IMG/VR virus record: IMGVR_UViG_3300000576_000001
Location: 1 to 37,410 of that record
Length of the DNA stretch: 37,410 nucleotides
Strand: one strand, 5' to 3'
Origin: a virus
Part shown: in pieces, positions 25,266 to 33,029 of the stretch
How the letters are laid out: each line of letters opens with the position of its first letter
Numbering within the stretch: position 1 is the stretch's first letter
Program-made: the position numbers and the translations under genes
The notes under the pieces: generated by a model
What the model saw: the letters and a program-made list of their open reading frames with translations, nothing else
Database searches by the model: none
Told to the model about the DNA's origin: nothing

Positions 25266-25330
25266 TGCCACACGCAACATCAAGGAGACGAACCATGACG
25301 CGAGCATGATGCTTGCCTATGCGCCGTCTG

Positions 25331-25492
25331 TCAAGCCGGATCGCCGACGATGACGAGCAGAAAAACCATCACAGCCAGAAATCCCGCCAGCACGACGAAG
25401 CCGACCGTAAATTCGTGTGCCGGACTTGGCGGCTTTGGCTCCAATTGGCGGTGAGGCGTTGCGCCTCGGATATGCTCGATCACGTTCCACAT
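25331..25492 (-). CDS. Small membrane protein (53 aa), absent from the ORF track because it is under 60 aa
   Basis: GGAGG Shine-Dalgarno. Product MWNVIEHIRGATPHRQLEPKPPSPAHEFTVGFVVLAGFLAVMVFLLVIVGDPA has a C-terminal TM segment. Confidence 0.45.
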   Translation of the reverse strand: MWNVIEHIRGATPHRQLEPKPPSPAHEFTVGFVVLAGFLAVMVFLLVIVGDPA

Positions 25493-25719
25493 TTTGTTGC
25501 CTCCAAAAGCACCTTGACTGCCTTTTCAAGATCCGACCCATCATAAACGGTCGGAGACGGCCCGTTGATTTCCCTCATTCTCTTGTGCGCATCCCCCAAC
25601 GTGACCCGCCCGGCGCGACGGTCAGACGCGAGCTTTTGAAGGGCGTAGGATTTGTCGCGCTGAAACTGCAAGTAATCCAGATATCGTCGGCATTCCTGCC
25701 GCGCCTCTTCTAAGGTCAT
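25480..25719 (-). CDS. Hypothetical protein (79 aa)
   Basis: ATGA overlap with the upstream gene. Confidence 0.5.
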   Translation of the reverse strand: MTLEEARQECRRYLDYLQFQRDKSYALQKLASDRRAGRVTLGDAHKRMREINGPSPTVYDGSDLEKAVKVLLEATKCGT

Positions 25720-26093
25720 TGATCCCCCTCAATCGCCTTCTTGGCGTTGCGCAGATGCTCGATTTCAATGGTCGTGGCTACGGCGTACTTGGCCGCGCCT
25801 TTGGTGTCTTCAACGACATCCAGGCGATCGGCAAAAGGCTGTAGGGCGGCGCGGAGGCGGTTGTTTTCGGCCTTAACAGCGTCGACTTCCCCCGCAATCA
25901 TAAGCCGGTCTGGCCGGTTGCAATTCTGCCACCTATGAAAATCGACATTCGTCACCATTTCCTGCCATCGGCCGTTGCGTTTCATCTGCCTCCTGACATC
26001 CGGCTTGTAAGGCTCCCACCGCACCACGACGATGCGATGGTCGTGACCGTGCCAGCGCTGATCTAGCTTTTCGATTTCCTTTGGGTCGATCAT
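25716..26093 (-). CDS. Hypothetical protein (125 aa), Trp-rich N-terminal domain plus coiled coil
   Basis: ATGA overlap with the upstream gene. Confidence 0.5.
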   Translation of the reverse strand: MIDPKEIEKLDQRWHGHDHRIVVVRWEPYKPDVRRQMKRNGRWQEMVTNVDFHRWQNCNRPDRLMIAGEVDAVKAENNRLRAALQPFADRLDVVEDTKGAAKYAVATTIEIEHLRNAKKAIEGDQ

Positions 26094-26710
26094 TCCACCC
26101 CCTCCAATTCCTTCCGCCGCTTATCGAATTGCTCGATCAAATACGCATGCGCCTTTTCGCTTGCGGCCTTGATTGCGTCCATGTGACCGCCTTTGGTCTG
26201 CGCCTCTTGAAGCGCATCGACCTGGGCGATATTCTCGCATCGACCGATTGCGGCTGCGAGTTCGGATGCCTTGCGCTTGGCTGGCGGCTCCTCTTGCTTG
26301 TCGGGTTCGGCTTTGGGCATCGGCTTTACAACGTAGCTGGCTTTCTTGCCGCGCGTTACGGTCAGCGAGAAATCGGTATCGCGATCGATGTCCGAAAGGT
26401 GGCTGATCCGGATGCCGCCAACCTTCACGCCGCCGAATTTGACTTCGGGGTCTTGGTAGAGCCGCATGCGCATGCCAGACCATTGCCGGGCATCTTCGCC
26501 CCATGCCCACGCCAGAACGCGACACATGGACTTGCAGGGCTTGTAAGGCCGCCCTTCCTCGCCCTCGTAATGGATCACGACCGGTTGTTCGGCATTGCCG
26601 CGCTTGACCGATGCCACAACGATGTCTTTCGTTGTGTTGACCAGATCGTCGCCATTCAATTGATCCGACTTTGGCTCGATGGCCTTTCGGATGTTTGCTT
26701 CGTCACTCAC
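26090..26710 (-). CDS. Hypothetical protein (206 aa), possible recombination partner of the exonuclease
   Basis: Overlaps the exonuclease gene by 4 nt. Conserved-looking core KPCKSMCRVLAWAWGEDARQWSGMRMRLYQDPEVKFGGVKVGGIRI. The family was not recognised. Confidence 0.5.
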   Translation of the reverse strand: MSDEANIRKAIEPKSDQLNGDDLVNTTKDIVVASVKRGNAEQPVVIHYEGEEGRPYKPCKSMCRVLAWAWGEDARQWSGMRMRLYQDPEVKFGGVKVGGIRISHLSDIDRDTDFSLTVTRGKKASYVVKPMPKAEPDKQEEPPAKRKASELAAAIGRCENIAQVDALQEAQTKGGHMDAIKAASEKAHAYLIEQFDKRRKELEGVE

Positions 26711-27522
26711 TTGTCGTCTCCGTCAAAAATGATCCCGTCGCTGTCCGGCAGATCCCAAGGCATCGGGTCGATCGTTCCCGACTGATAGCCCGGCCATTCG
26801 TCCACTTCGAGGCATTGCGCCCATATCGTCTTGGCCCTCGACCATTTGCGCTTGCCGTGATCGATCAGTTCCGGCGACGCCCAATGCACCACGGCGCAAT
26901 GCGGGGGCGCGCTTTCAATGACCAGCCAGCCGAAGTTAGTCGCGCCGGTCGCTTCGAGCGTTGCCGATACCTGGATGGCGAGGTTCATGCTGCTGACATG
27001 CCGACGCCAATTAGCCTCGTTGGCCGCAATCGATGTGCGCTTGAGGTCAAAAACGACGCGCTCCGATGGCAAATAGATGTCAGGCTCAGTCGAGAGCCAT
27101 AGGCCGCTTTCGTCTTGCCATGTGACGCGCTCTTTGATCTTGCCTTCTTTGAGAGCCTTCGCGGCGGACGGATGCGCCGAAACCGCCTGAGCGTAAACAG
27201 CGTCGGCGGCTTCCTTGCATCTGTTGAATGCGGCCTCCTTGATGATCGTCATCCCGGCGGCTTCCATGTCGTCGCGCCACGCCTTTGCCTCTTTAGTGCG
27301 GAATTCGTCAAACGGCGACACGACCAACGTTTCAGGCATCGCATCGCCAAACACAAGGCGGTCAACGATGTCGCCTTCGGTCATGGCCGCCGTCTGCTTG
27401 CGGGCCTTTTCGCCAAAATACGGGCATTCGGCTTTGGCGTGCAGCGGCGACTTGTCATCGAGCACCTTCGCAATACTCGGCGTCAAGTAGGGCTTATCCC
27501 AACTCTCGTTGTAAAAGCTCAT
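26707..27522 (-). CDS. PD-(D/E)XK exonuclease (exodeoxyribonuclease VIII / DUF3799-like)
   Basis: EPDIY ... VFDLKRT core and overall similarity to the RecE C-terminal-type PDDEXK family. GGAGGG Shine-Dalgarno and ATGA overlap at residue 19 of the track ORF. Confidence 0.65.
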   Translation of the reverse strand: MSFYNESWDKPYLTPSIAKVLDDKSPLHAKAECPYFGEKARKQTAAMTEGDIVDRLVFGDAMPETLVVSPFDEFRTKEAKAWRDDMEAAGMTIIKEAAFNRCKEAADAVYAQAVSAHPSAAKALKEGKIKERVTWQDESGLWLSTEPDIYLPSERVVFDLKRTSIAANEANWRRHVSSMNLAIQVSATLEATGATNFGWLVIESAPPHCAVVHWASPELIDHGKRKWSRAKTIWAQCLEVDEWPGYQSGTIDPMPWDLPDSDGIIFDGDDK

Positions 27523-27758
27523 GACCGGCCCTCCATTTCTTTTAGCGCATCGATACCTTCGCGCGTAATTACCCATCGTTCGTCATGCACCGGGTTGTGC
27601 GGAATGAAGGTTGTAATCAGCCCCTCGCGGTGCAGAGCATTAGCCCTTTTGGTCGAAACAAGTTTGGTTGACACGCCTGGATATGCGCCGGCTGATCGTT
27701 CCGATGCCTTGGCAATGCGTTCAAGCAAGCCGTGCGACTTCTTTCCGATTTTTGTCAT
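27519..27758 (-). CDS. Small DNA-binding-like protein (79 aa, winged-helix candidate)
   Basis: Basic N-terminus; KRANALHREGLITT segment. Weak evidence. Confidence 0.4.
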   Translation of the reverse strand: MTKIGKKSHGLLERIAKASERSAGAYPGVSTKLVSTKRANALHREGLITTFIPHNPVHDERWVITREGIDALKEMEGRS

Positions 27759-28096
27759 TCCCCACCCCCAAGCGCCGCATCAATCTCGGCTATGACCTTC
27801 GCAAACCGCCCATCGTCACCCGCCGCCATGCTGGCATTCGCGAGCGCGTGGCGGGCTGAGTGCAGGGCGTCAATCAGTCGATCGCTTGTCTTGCCGTCGA
27901 GGGCGTTGTTTATGCCATCGGCGATCCGCCTATGGTCCGCCCGTTCTTCGGGCGTGCGGGAGAAAACTGATATCGTTCCCATTTCCCGGCCCGTTTCGCG
28001 ACCCCAAAAAATCAACGATATCCATTGGCTGTCGTTGTGGCCCTCGACGCTTGCCCGGCGCAGGGTCGCGTCATGTATGGTGACGTTGTTAATCAT
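27755..28096 (-). CDS. Hypothetical protein (113 aa)
   Basis: ATGA-type overlaps on both sides. Confidence 0.5.
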   Translation of the reverse strand: MINNVTIHDATLRRASVEGHNDSQWISLIFWGRETGREMGTISVFSRTPEERADHRRIADGINNALDGKTSDRLIDALHSARHALANASMAAGDDGRFAKVIAEIDAALGGGE

Positions 28097-28377
28097 TGGT
28101 CGCCTCCCTGAATATAGCCTTCGATGTTGTCGTTGACGTGCTCTTGTAGTGCGTCCCAGATCATGCGCTCAACCCAGTGTTCGCGCCCAAACTTTGCCCA
28201 GACATCAGCCCCAACCTTCGCCTTGACGGCTGTTACGTGGGCTTCTGGGTCCGATCCAGGATCGTCACACGTGATCGGTGTGCCCGGCGATACACTCACC
28301 TCAAACTCGGCTTCAATACCTTCCTCAAATTCGGTCTCGAAGCCCGAAATGGTTATGGTCTCGATGTGCCATGCCAT
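28093..28377 (-). CDS. Strongly acidic protein (94 aa), first gene of the leftward early operon
   Basis: The start at residue 16 of the track ORF is preceded by AAGGGGA. I counted 20 D/E against 5 K/R. Confidence 0.55.
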   Translation of the reverse strand: MAWHIETITISGFETEFEEGIEAEFEVSVSPGTPITCDDPGSDPEAHVTAVKAKVGADVWAKFGREHWVERMIWDALQEHVNDNIEGYIQGGDQ

Positions 28378-28394
28378 TCGTTTTCCCCTTGTAT

Positions 28395-28442
28395 CCGTTG
28401 CGTTGCGTTGACATAGTGGCAATAGGTTGACAGCCTGTCAAC
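28395..28442. promoter_or_regulatory. Divergent early control region: (GTTGC)2GTTGACA leader/promoter motif, two TTGACA hexamers and the 17-bp palindrome GTTGACAGCCTGTCAAC
   Basis: The minus strand reads TTGACA (28441-28436), 17-nt spacer, CACTAT (28418-28413), then GTCAACGCAACGCAACGG. Palindrome at 28426-28442. Confidence 0.6.
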
Positions 28443-28457
28443 AGGAAAGGGATAGCG

Positions 28458-28646
28458 ATGAAGCTGAAAGATTGGATTGAAGAAACGAGCGTGCCGGTTG
28501 CCGCATTTGCTCGGATCGTCGGAGTGAGCCGGACCATGGTCTATCACTGGATCAATGGCAACGTGTCGCCCAGCGACGACGAAAAGGACGCCATCGAGCA
28601 AGCGACCGTTGGCAGGGTCCGCGCTGACCGGGATTGGTCGAAATGA
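28458..28646 (+). CDS. Cro/YdaS-like HTH regulator
   Basis: VAAFARIVGVSRTMVYHWINGN HTH. First gene of the rightward early operon, next to the palindrome. Confidence 0.7.
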   Translation: MKLKDWIEETSVPVAAFARIVGVSRTMVYHWINGNVSPSDDEKDAIEQATVGRVRADRDWSK

Positions 28647-28996
28647 TCCGGCTGTCGTTGGCCCACACGCCGCCATCGGTAAACGGCATGTTTCGAAACG
28701 TCGCGGGTCGTGGCCGGGTAAAGACCACGCGCTACCGGCAATGGGCGGCTGCCGTGTCCTGGGACATCAAGGCGCAGCATCCGGGCAAGATGTTGTCGGG
28801 GCCTTTTGAAATATCCATGAGCGTTGGGCGCCCCTCGAAAGCCTGCGATCTGGACAACAGGGCAAAGGCTATTTTGGATATCCTGCAATCGTGCCACGTC
28901 ATCCGGGATGACAAACTGTGTGAGCGCATCACGATGCAGTGGCGCAAGGGCAAGGGTGCTGACATTGAGATCAAGCCATTTTTGGAGGCGAAATAA
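28643..28996 (+). CDS. rusA: RusA-family Holliday junction resolvase
   Basis: PPSVNGMF ... DLDNRAKAILDIL ... DD motifs. ATGA overlap with the cro-like stop. Confidence 0.8.
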   Translation: MIRLSLAHTPPSVNGMFRNVAGRGRVKTTRYRQWAAAVSWDIKAQHPGKMLSGPFEISMSVGRPSKACDLDNRAKAILDILQSCHVIRDDKLCERITMQWRKGKGADIEIKPFLEAK

Positions 28997-29487
28997 TGAG
29001 CGGATCACTGAACCGCGTTACGTTGATTGGCAACCTTGGGCGCGATCCTGAGGTAAAAAGCTTCCAGAACGGAGGTCGTGTCTGCAACTTCACCATGGCA
29101 ACCACCGAGTCATGGCGCGACAAGACATCGGGCGAGCGCAAGGAAAAGACCGAGTGGCACCGGGTCGTCATTTTTAGCGAGGGGCTCGTGGGCGTCGCCG
29201 AACGGTTCCTGCGCAAGGGGTCGAAGGTCTACGTCGAGGGCCAGCTTGAAAGCCGTAAGTTTCAGGATCAGTCGGGAAACGAACGCAGCATCACGGAGGT
29301 TGTGATGCGCAATTTCAACAGCAACCTTGTCATGCTCGACGGCAAAAACGCCGAGAGCGGGCAGTCGCAACCGGCGAACAATGCGTATCAGGATCGGCGG
29401 GATGGCAAGACGCCAGAACCTCAAGGCGGGGGTGACTCTGGCGACTGGGGGGATACTATCCCCTTTGCCCCGGAGAAGTTGGCATGA
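28996..29487 (+). CDS. ssb: Single-stranded DNA-binding protein
   Basis: LNRVTLIGNLGRDPEV ... TEWHRVV ... VYVEGQL OB-fold motifs and the C-terminal acidic tip DTIPF. Confidence 0.9.
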   Translation: MSGSLNRVTLIGNLGRDPEVKSFQNGGRVCNFTMATTESWRDKTSGERKEKTEWHRVVIFSEGLVGVAERFLRKGSKVYVEGQLESRKFQDQSGNERSITEVVMRNFNSNLVMLDGKNAESGQSQPANNAYQDRRDGKTPEPQGGGDSGDWGDTIPFAPEKLA

Positions 29488-29579
29488 CCGACCAACCCGA
29501 CCCTTGCGCCAACTGCACACCCGAAAACTGCGAATGGTGGGGGGTTTGCCCGCACTCAAACACGGAGAACGACCAATGA
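29484..29579 (+). CDS. 31-aa Cys-rich micro-ORF coupled on both sides
   Basis: ATGA overlaps with the ssb stop and the next start. Product: MTDQPDPCANCTPENCEWWGVCPHSNTENDQ. Confidence 0.4.
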   Translation: MTDQPDPCANCTPENCEWWGVCPHSNTENDQ

Positions 29580-29821
29580 CCGACACAACCGTAGCAGCCG
29601 ACCAGCTGGCGGCTTACATCGACCGGATTGAGGCTTTGGAGCATGAGAAAAAGACGCTCACGAATGACATGGCCGAGGTCTATGCCGAGGCGAAGGGCAA
29701 CGGCTTTGATCCGAAGATCATGCGCGAGGTCGTGAAATTGCGCAGGATGGATGAGGCTGACCGCAGTGAGCGCGAAAGCCTGATCGATACGTATAAGCGC
29801 GCGCTGGGGATGGAGGCGTAA
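29576..29821 (+). CDS. gapR: GapR-like (DUF2312) nucleoid-associated DNA-binding protein
   Basis: IDRIEALEHEKKTLTNDMAEVYAEAKGNGFDPKIMREVVKLRR closely parallels the Caulobacter GapR core (EVYAEAKGNGFD). Confidence 0.8.
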   Translation: MTDTTVAADQLAAYIDRIEALEHEKKTLTNDMAEVYAEAKGNGFDPKIMREVVKLRRMDEADRSERESLIDTYKRALGMEA

Positions 29822-29826
29822 CTAGG

Positions 29827-30312
29827 ATGACGCAGGAGACGCATGACAACCTAGCGCGATATCGAGACTATATCGCGGGCCGTGGACCGGCACCGAAGAT
29901 GATGGGCTTTGAGCCTGGGCCTATGAACGGCATGGCGAAGGCCCACCAAGAGCGATGCCTTGACTTCGCGTTGCGGCGAGGAAAAAGCGCGGCCTTCCTC
30001 GATACGGGCCTCGGAAAATCGTTTATCGAATTGGAGTTCGCCCGGCAGTGCTCTGAGGAAACGGGCAAGCCGTCGCTGATCCTGACACCGCTTGCCGTAG
30101 CTGCACAGATGGTGCGGGAAGGCGAGAAGTTTGGGGTTGACGCCCGGCAGATACGCGACCAATCCGGCGTCGGCGAAGGTGTGATGGTGGCAAACTACGA
30201 GCGGCTTGGCAAGCTGGACCCGTCATCATTTGGTGCGGTCGTCCTGGACGAGAGCAGCATCCTGAAATCGTTTGCCGGCCCGGAATGGATCAAGAAGGAG
30301 ACGGCACAATGA
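29827..30312 (+). CDS. Stand-alone SF2/SNF2-type helicase N-lobe fragment (motifs I and II only)
   Basis: Motif I DTGLGKS and motif II VLDESS. The ORF stops about 15 aa after motif II. No C-lobe ORF follows. Confidence 0.6.
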   Translation: MTQETHDNLARYRDYIAGRGPAPKMMGFEPGPMNGMAKAHQERCLDFALRRGKSAAFLDTGLGKSFIELEFARQCSEETGKPSLILTPLAVAAQMVREGEKFGVDARQIRDQSGVGEGVMVANYERLGKLDPSSFGAVVLDESSILKSFAGPEWIKKETAQ

Positions 30313-31313
30313 CAAAGCAGCCGGAATACAGTGGTCAATGGTGGGCGCTGCACAACAGCGATTGCGTGGAGGGCATGCACGCGATGCCCGAGCATAGCGT
30401 GGATTGCTCGATATTTTCGCCGCCGTTTGGCGATCTATTCGTCTACTCGGACAGCGAAAGGGATCTGGGCAATGCTGGCGACGGTCAGGCATTCATGGAG
30501 CAATACGCCTTTTTCGCGAACGCCCTTACCCGCGTCATGAGGCCGGGCCGGATCGCATGCGTCCACTGCACCGACCTTCCGACCCGCAAGGGAAAGCACG
30601 GATATATAGGGCTCCAGGACTTCAGCGGCGATCTGATCAAAGCGCACACCGACGCCGGCATGATCTACCACGGCCGCGCGACGATCTGGAAAGATCCGGT
30701 CGTTGAGATGCAGCGCACCAAGGCTCTGGGCCTGCTGTATAAGCAAATCCGCAAAGACAGCGCCATGAACCGCGTCGGCATGCCTGACTATATGCTGTTT
30801 TTCCGCGCGCCCGGCGACAACCCGGATCGCATAGAGCACGCAGCGCCGGATGACGACGCGACCGCCACGAAGATCGCTCGCCAGTGGTTTGACGAGATGC
30901 ATCGGCAGGGGCTGGCATCGTCCGTACCCAGTGATGACGCCATAGCCGAGTTGGTCAGCCATGCCAAGTTCGACGTTTACGACTGGCAGGCGCTGGCGTC
31001 CCCGGTATGGATGGACGTTGACCAAGGCAACGTACTCAAAAACTACCGGAAGGCGCGCGCCGAGCAAGACGAAAAGCACGTATGCCCGTTGCAGCTTGGC
31101 GTCATTGACCGATGCTTGAGGCTCTACACAAAGCCGGGCGATGTCGTTATGGACCCATTCACTGGCATCGGATCGACCGGGCATCAAGCGGTCAAACAGA
31201 TGCGCCGGTTTATTGGATTCGAACTCAAGCCGGAATACGCCAAACAAGCAGGCGTCAACATCGCGGAGGCCGAGGCGTCAATCGGCGACCTATTCGGGGC
31301 GGCTGCGGAATGA
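30309..31313 (+). CDS. Beta-class N6-adenine/N4-cytosine DNA methyltransferase
   Basis: Motif IV SPPF lies N-terminal to motif I (VMDPFTGIGSTG). AAGGAGACGG Shine-Dalgarno and ATGA overlap with the helicase-lobe ORF. Confidence 0.8.
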   Translation: MTKQPEYSGQWWALHNSDCVEGMHAMPEHSVDCSIFSPPFGDLFVYSDSERDLGNAGDGQAFMEQYAFFANALTRVMRPGRIACVHCTDLPTRKGKHGYIGLQDFSGDLIKAHTDAGMIYHGRATIWKDPVVEMQRTKALGLLYKQIRKDSAMNRVGMPDYMLFFRAPGDNPDRIEHAAPDDDATATKIARQWFDEMHRQGLASSVPSDDAIAELVSHAKFDVYDWQALASPVWMDVDQGNVLKNYRKARAEQDEKHVCPLQLGVIDRCLRLYTKPGDVVMDPFTGIGSTGHQAVKQMRRFIGFELKPEYAKQAGVNIAEAEASIGDLFGAAAE

Positions 31314-31444
31314 CCCAGATCATCAAGCTAATCCGCCTGCACGAAATAGAGGAATACGAGGCGGCCGGATGGAGCGTCCGACGCATGGACGACTGCCACC
31401 ACGGTCAATACAGCGCGATTGCGTGGCGCGATGACGATGACTAA
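31310..31444 (+). CDS. 44-aa micro-ORF
   Basis: ATGA overlap with the methyltransferase stop. Confidence 0.4.
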   Translation: MTQIIKLIRLHEIEEYEAAGWSVRRMDDCHHGQYSAIAWRDDDD

Positions 31445-31658
31445 GCCCGCATGCTTTTCCTCAACCGACGCCCCGCAAGTGCGGTGGGCATTCGACCAAG
31501 GATCGGCCTGCGGGTCGTTCCTTGGCGGCCAAGACCATCGCGAAATGATCCTGAGAATTCACCCTGACTGCCGATCCTGCGCAAGATATAAGCGCGCTGA
31601 GGATTTGCGCGAGGGAAGGGTGACGCCACACGAACCGGACGTAAGGAGACGAGAATGA
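31431..31658 (+). CDS. Hypothetical Cys-containing protein (about 75 aa; start 31431 or 31437)
   Basis: ORF ending in an ATGA overlap with the C5-methyltransferase start. Confidence 0.45.
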   Translation: MTMTKPACFSSTDAPQVRWAFDQGSACGSFLGGQDHREMILRIHPDCRSCARYKRAEDLREGRVTPHEPDVRRRE

Positions 31659-32791
31659 GGTACGGCTCTGTTTGCTCCGGAATTGAGGCCGCGACCGTCG
31701 CTTGGCACCCGCTCGGCTGGCAGCCCGCATGGTTCTCGGAGATCGAGAAGTTCCCGAGCGCCGTCCTGGCCCACCATTACCCGGACGTGCCGAACCTTGG
31801 CGACATGACCAGATTCGAGGAATGGCCGGATGACGCAATTGACCTTCTTGTCGGCGGCACCCCCTGCCAGTCGTTCTCCGTCGCCGGCCTCCGAGCCGGG
31901 TTGGCTGATCCCCGCGGCAACCTCATGCTCACCTATCTTGCCATTGCTGCACGCTATCGCCCCCGCTGGGTGGTTTGGGAAAACGTCCCCGGCGTCCTGT
32001 CGAGTAACAAAGAACGGGATTTTGGCGCCTTCCTCCGGGGTTTGGGCGAATGCGGGTATGGGTTCGGGTACCGAGTGCTTGACGCTCAGTACTGTCGAGC
32101 ATCTGGCATCGAGCACGCTGTCCCGCAGCGACGGCGCCGTGTGTTCGTTGTCGGATATCTTGGAAATTGGCGCCGTGCCGCAGCGGTACTATTTGACGCC
32201 GCGAGCCTGCGCGGGGATCCTCCGCCGCGCCGAGAAGCGGGGGCGTCAGTTGCCGCGCTCACTTCAAGCGGCGTTGGAACATGCGGCGCGGACGACAACC
32301 AAGCCCAAGCCGGACACCTGATTTGCGCCAACTCCGGCGACATCGGCTATTGCCTCACCGCAAGTGCGCAACAGAGCCAAGATGCGGAGACGGAGACGCT
32401 GGTGGCGCAACCGGTGGCCTTCGAAGCCAATATGTCGCTCCAAGCCCCCGACTCAACCGGCGTCCACCCCACAATAACTAGACGGACCCACGCTGCTGTC
32501 GCTTTCGCACAAAACCAGCGGGATGAGATCCGTGTCATGGACGTTTCCGGCGCTCTCGCTGCCGAGCCTGGGACGAAGCAACAAACATACCTAGCGCAGC
32601 CATGGGCCGTCCGCCGCCTCACGCCAACCGAGTGCGAGCGCCTTCAAGGATTCCCTGACGGCTACACCGACATTCCCTATCGCGGCAAGCGCGCCGCCGA
32701 TGGCCCGCGATACAAGGCGCTGGGCAACAGCATGGCCGTCAATGTCATGCGTGTGCTTGGCGAGCGCATTCAAATGGTAGACAACCTATAA
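31655..32791 (+). CDS. dcm: DNA (cytosine-5)-methyltransferase
   Basis: Motifs CSGIE (I), GTPCQSFS (IV), ENVPG (VI), QRRRRVF (VIII), QGFPDGYT and GNSMAVNV (IX/X). Confidence 0.9.
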   Translation: MRYGSVCSGIEAATVAWHPLGWQPAWFSEIEKFPSAVLAHHYPDVPNLGDMTRFEEWPDDAIDLLVGGTPCQSFSVAGLRAGLADPRGNLMLTYLAIAARYRPRWVVWENVPGVLSSNKERDFGAFLRGLGECGYGFGYRVLDAQYCRASGIEHAVPQRRRRVFVVGYLGNWRRAAAVLFDAASLRGDPPPRREAGASVAALTSSGVGTCGADDNQAQAGHLICANSGDIGYCLTASAQQSQDAETETLVAQPVAFEANMSLQAPDSTGVHPTITRRTHAAVAFAQNQRDEIRVMDVSGALAAEPGTKQQTYLAQPWAVRRLTPTECERLQGFPDGYTDIPYRGKRAADGPRYKALGNSMAVNVMRVLGERIQMVDNL

Positions 32792-32812
32792 CGCAACATA
32801 AAGGAGACGAGA

Positions 32813-33010
32813 ATGCCCGGACGAAAACGCTTGATGCCGAACGAGCGAAAACTAGGCGTGCTTATCAATGCCGACGACTTGGACGCGGTGAACGCCTTGG
32901 CCGCTCAGATGTCGCGAGAGACAGGGCGATATGTGTCCGGAGCGACGTTGCATAGGCAGGCGATCCGGGAATTTCTCGAACGTGAATCGATGCAGGAAGC
33001 GGCGGAATAG
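32813..33010 (+). CDS. Ribbon-helix-helix (CopG/Arc-like) protein
   Basis: RKLGVLINADDLDAVNALA ... SGATLHRQAIREFLE fits the beta-alpha-alpha RHH pattern. Confidence 0.55.
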   Translation: MPGRKRLMPNERKLGVLINADDLDAVNALAAQMSRETGRYVSGATLHRQAIREFLERESMQEAAE

Positions 33011-33029
33011 CCTGCTCTTCGAAACAACC

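Noticed and set aside
25313-25546. Plus-strand 77-aa ORF, and the minus-strand 75-aa ORF at 25317..25544
   Set aside because: Neither has a Shine-Dalgarno. A different minus-strand frame (25331..25492) has a GGAGG Shine-Dalgarno and encodes a clean TM protein consistent with the operon direction.
31640-31657. The identical 15-mer AAGGAGACGAGAATG upstream of both dcm (31655) and the RHH gene (32813) as a regulatory repeat
   Set aside because: It is a strong Shine-Dalgarno plus spacer plus ATG. Related AAGGAGACG ribosome-binding sites recur across the genome, so it is most simply a shared RBS rather than a separate element.
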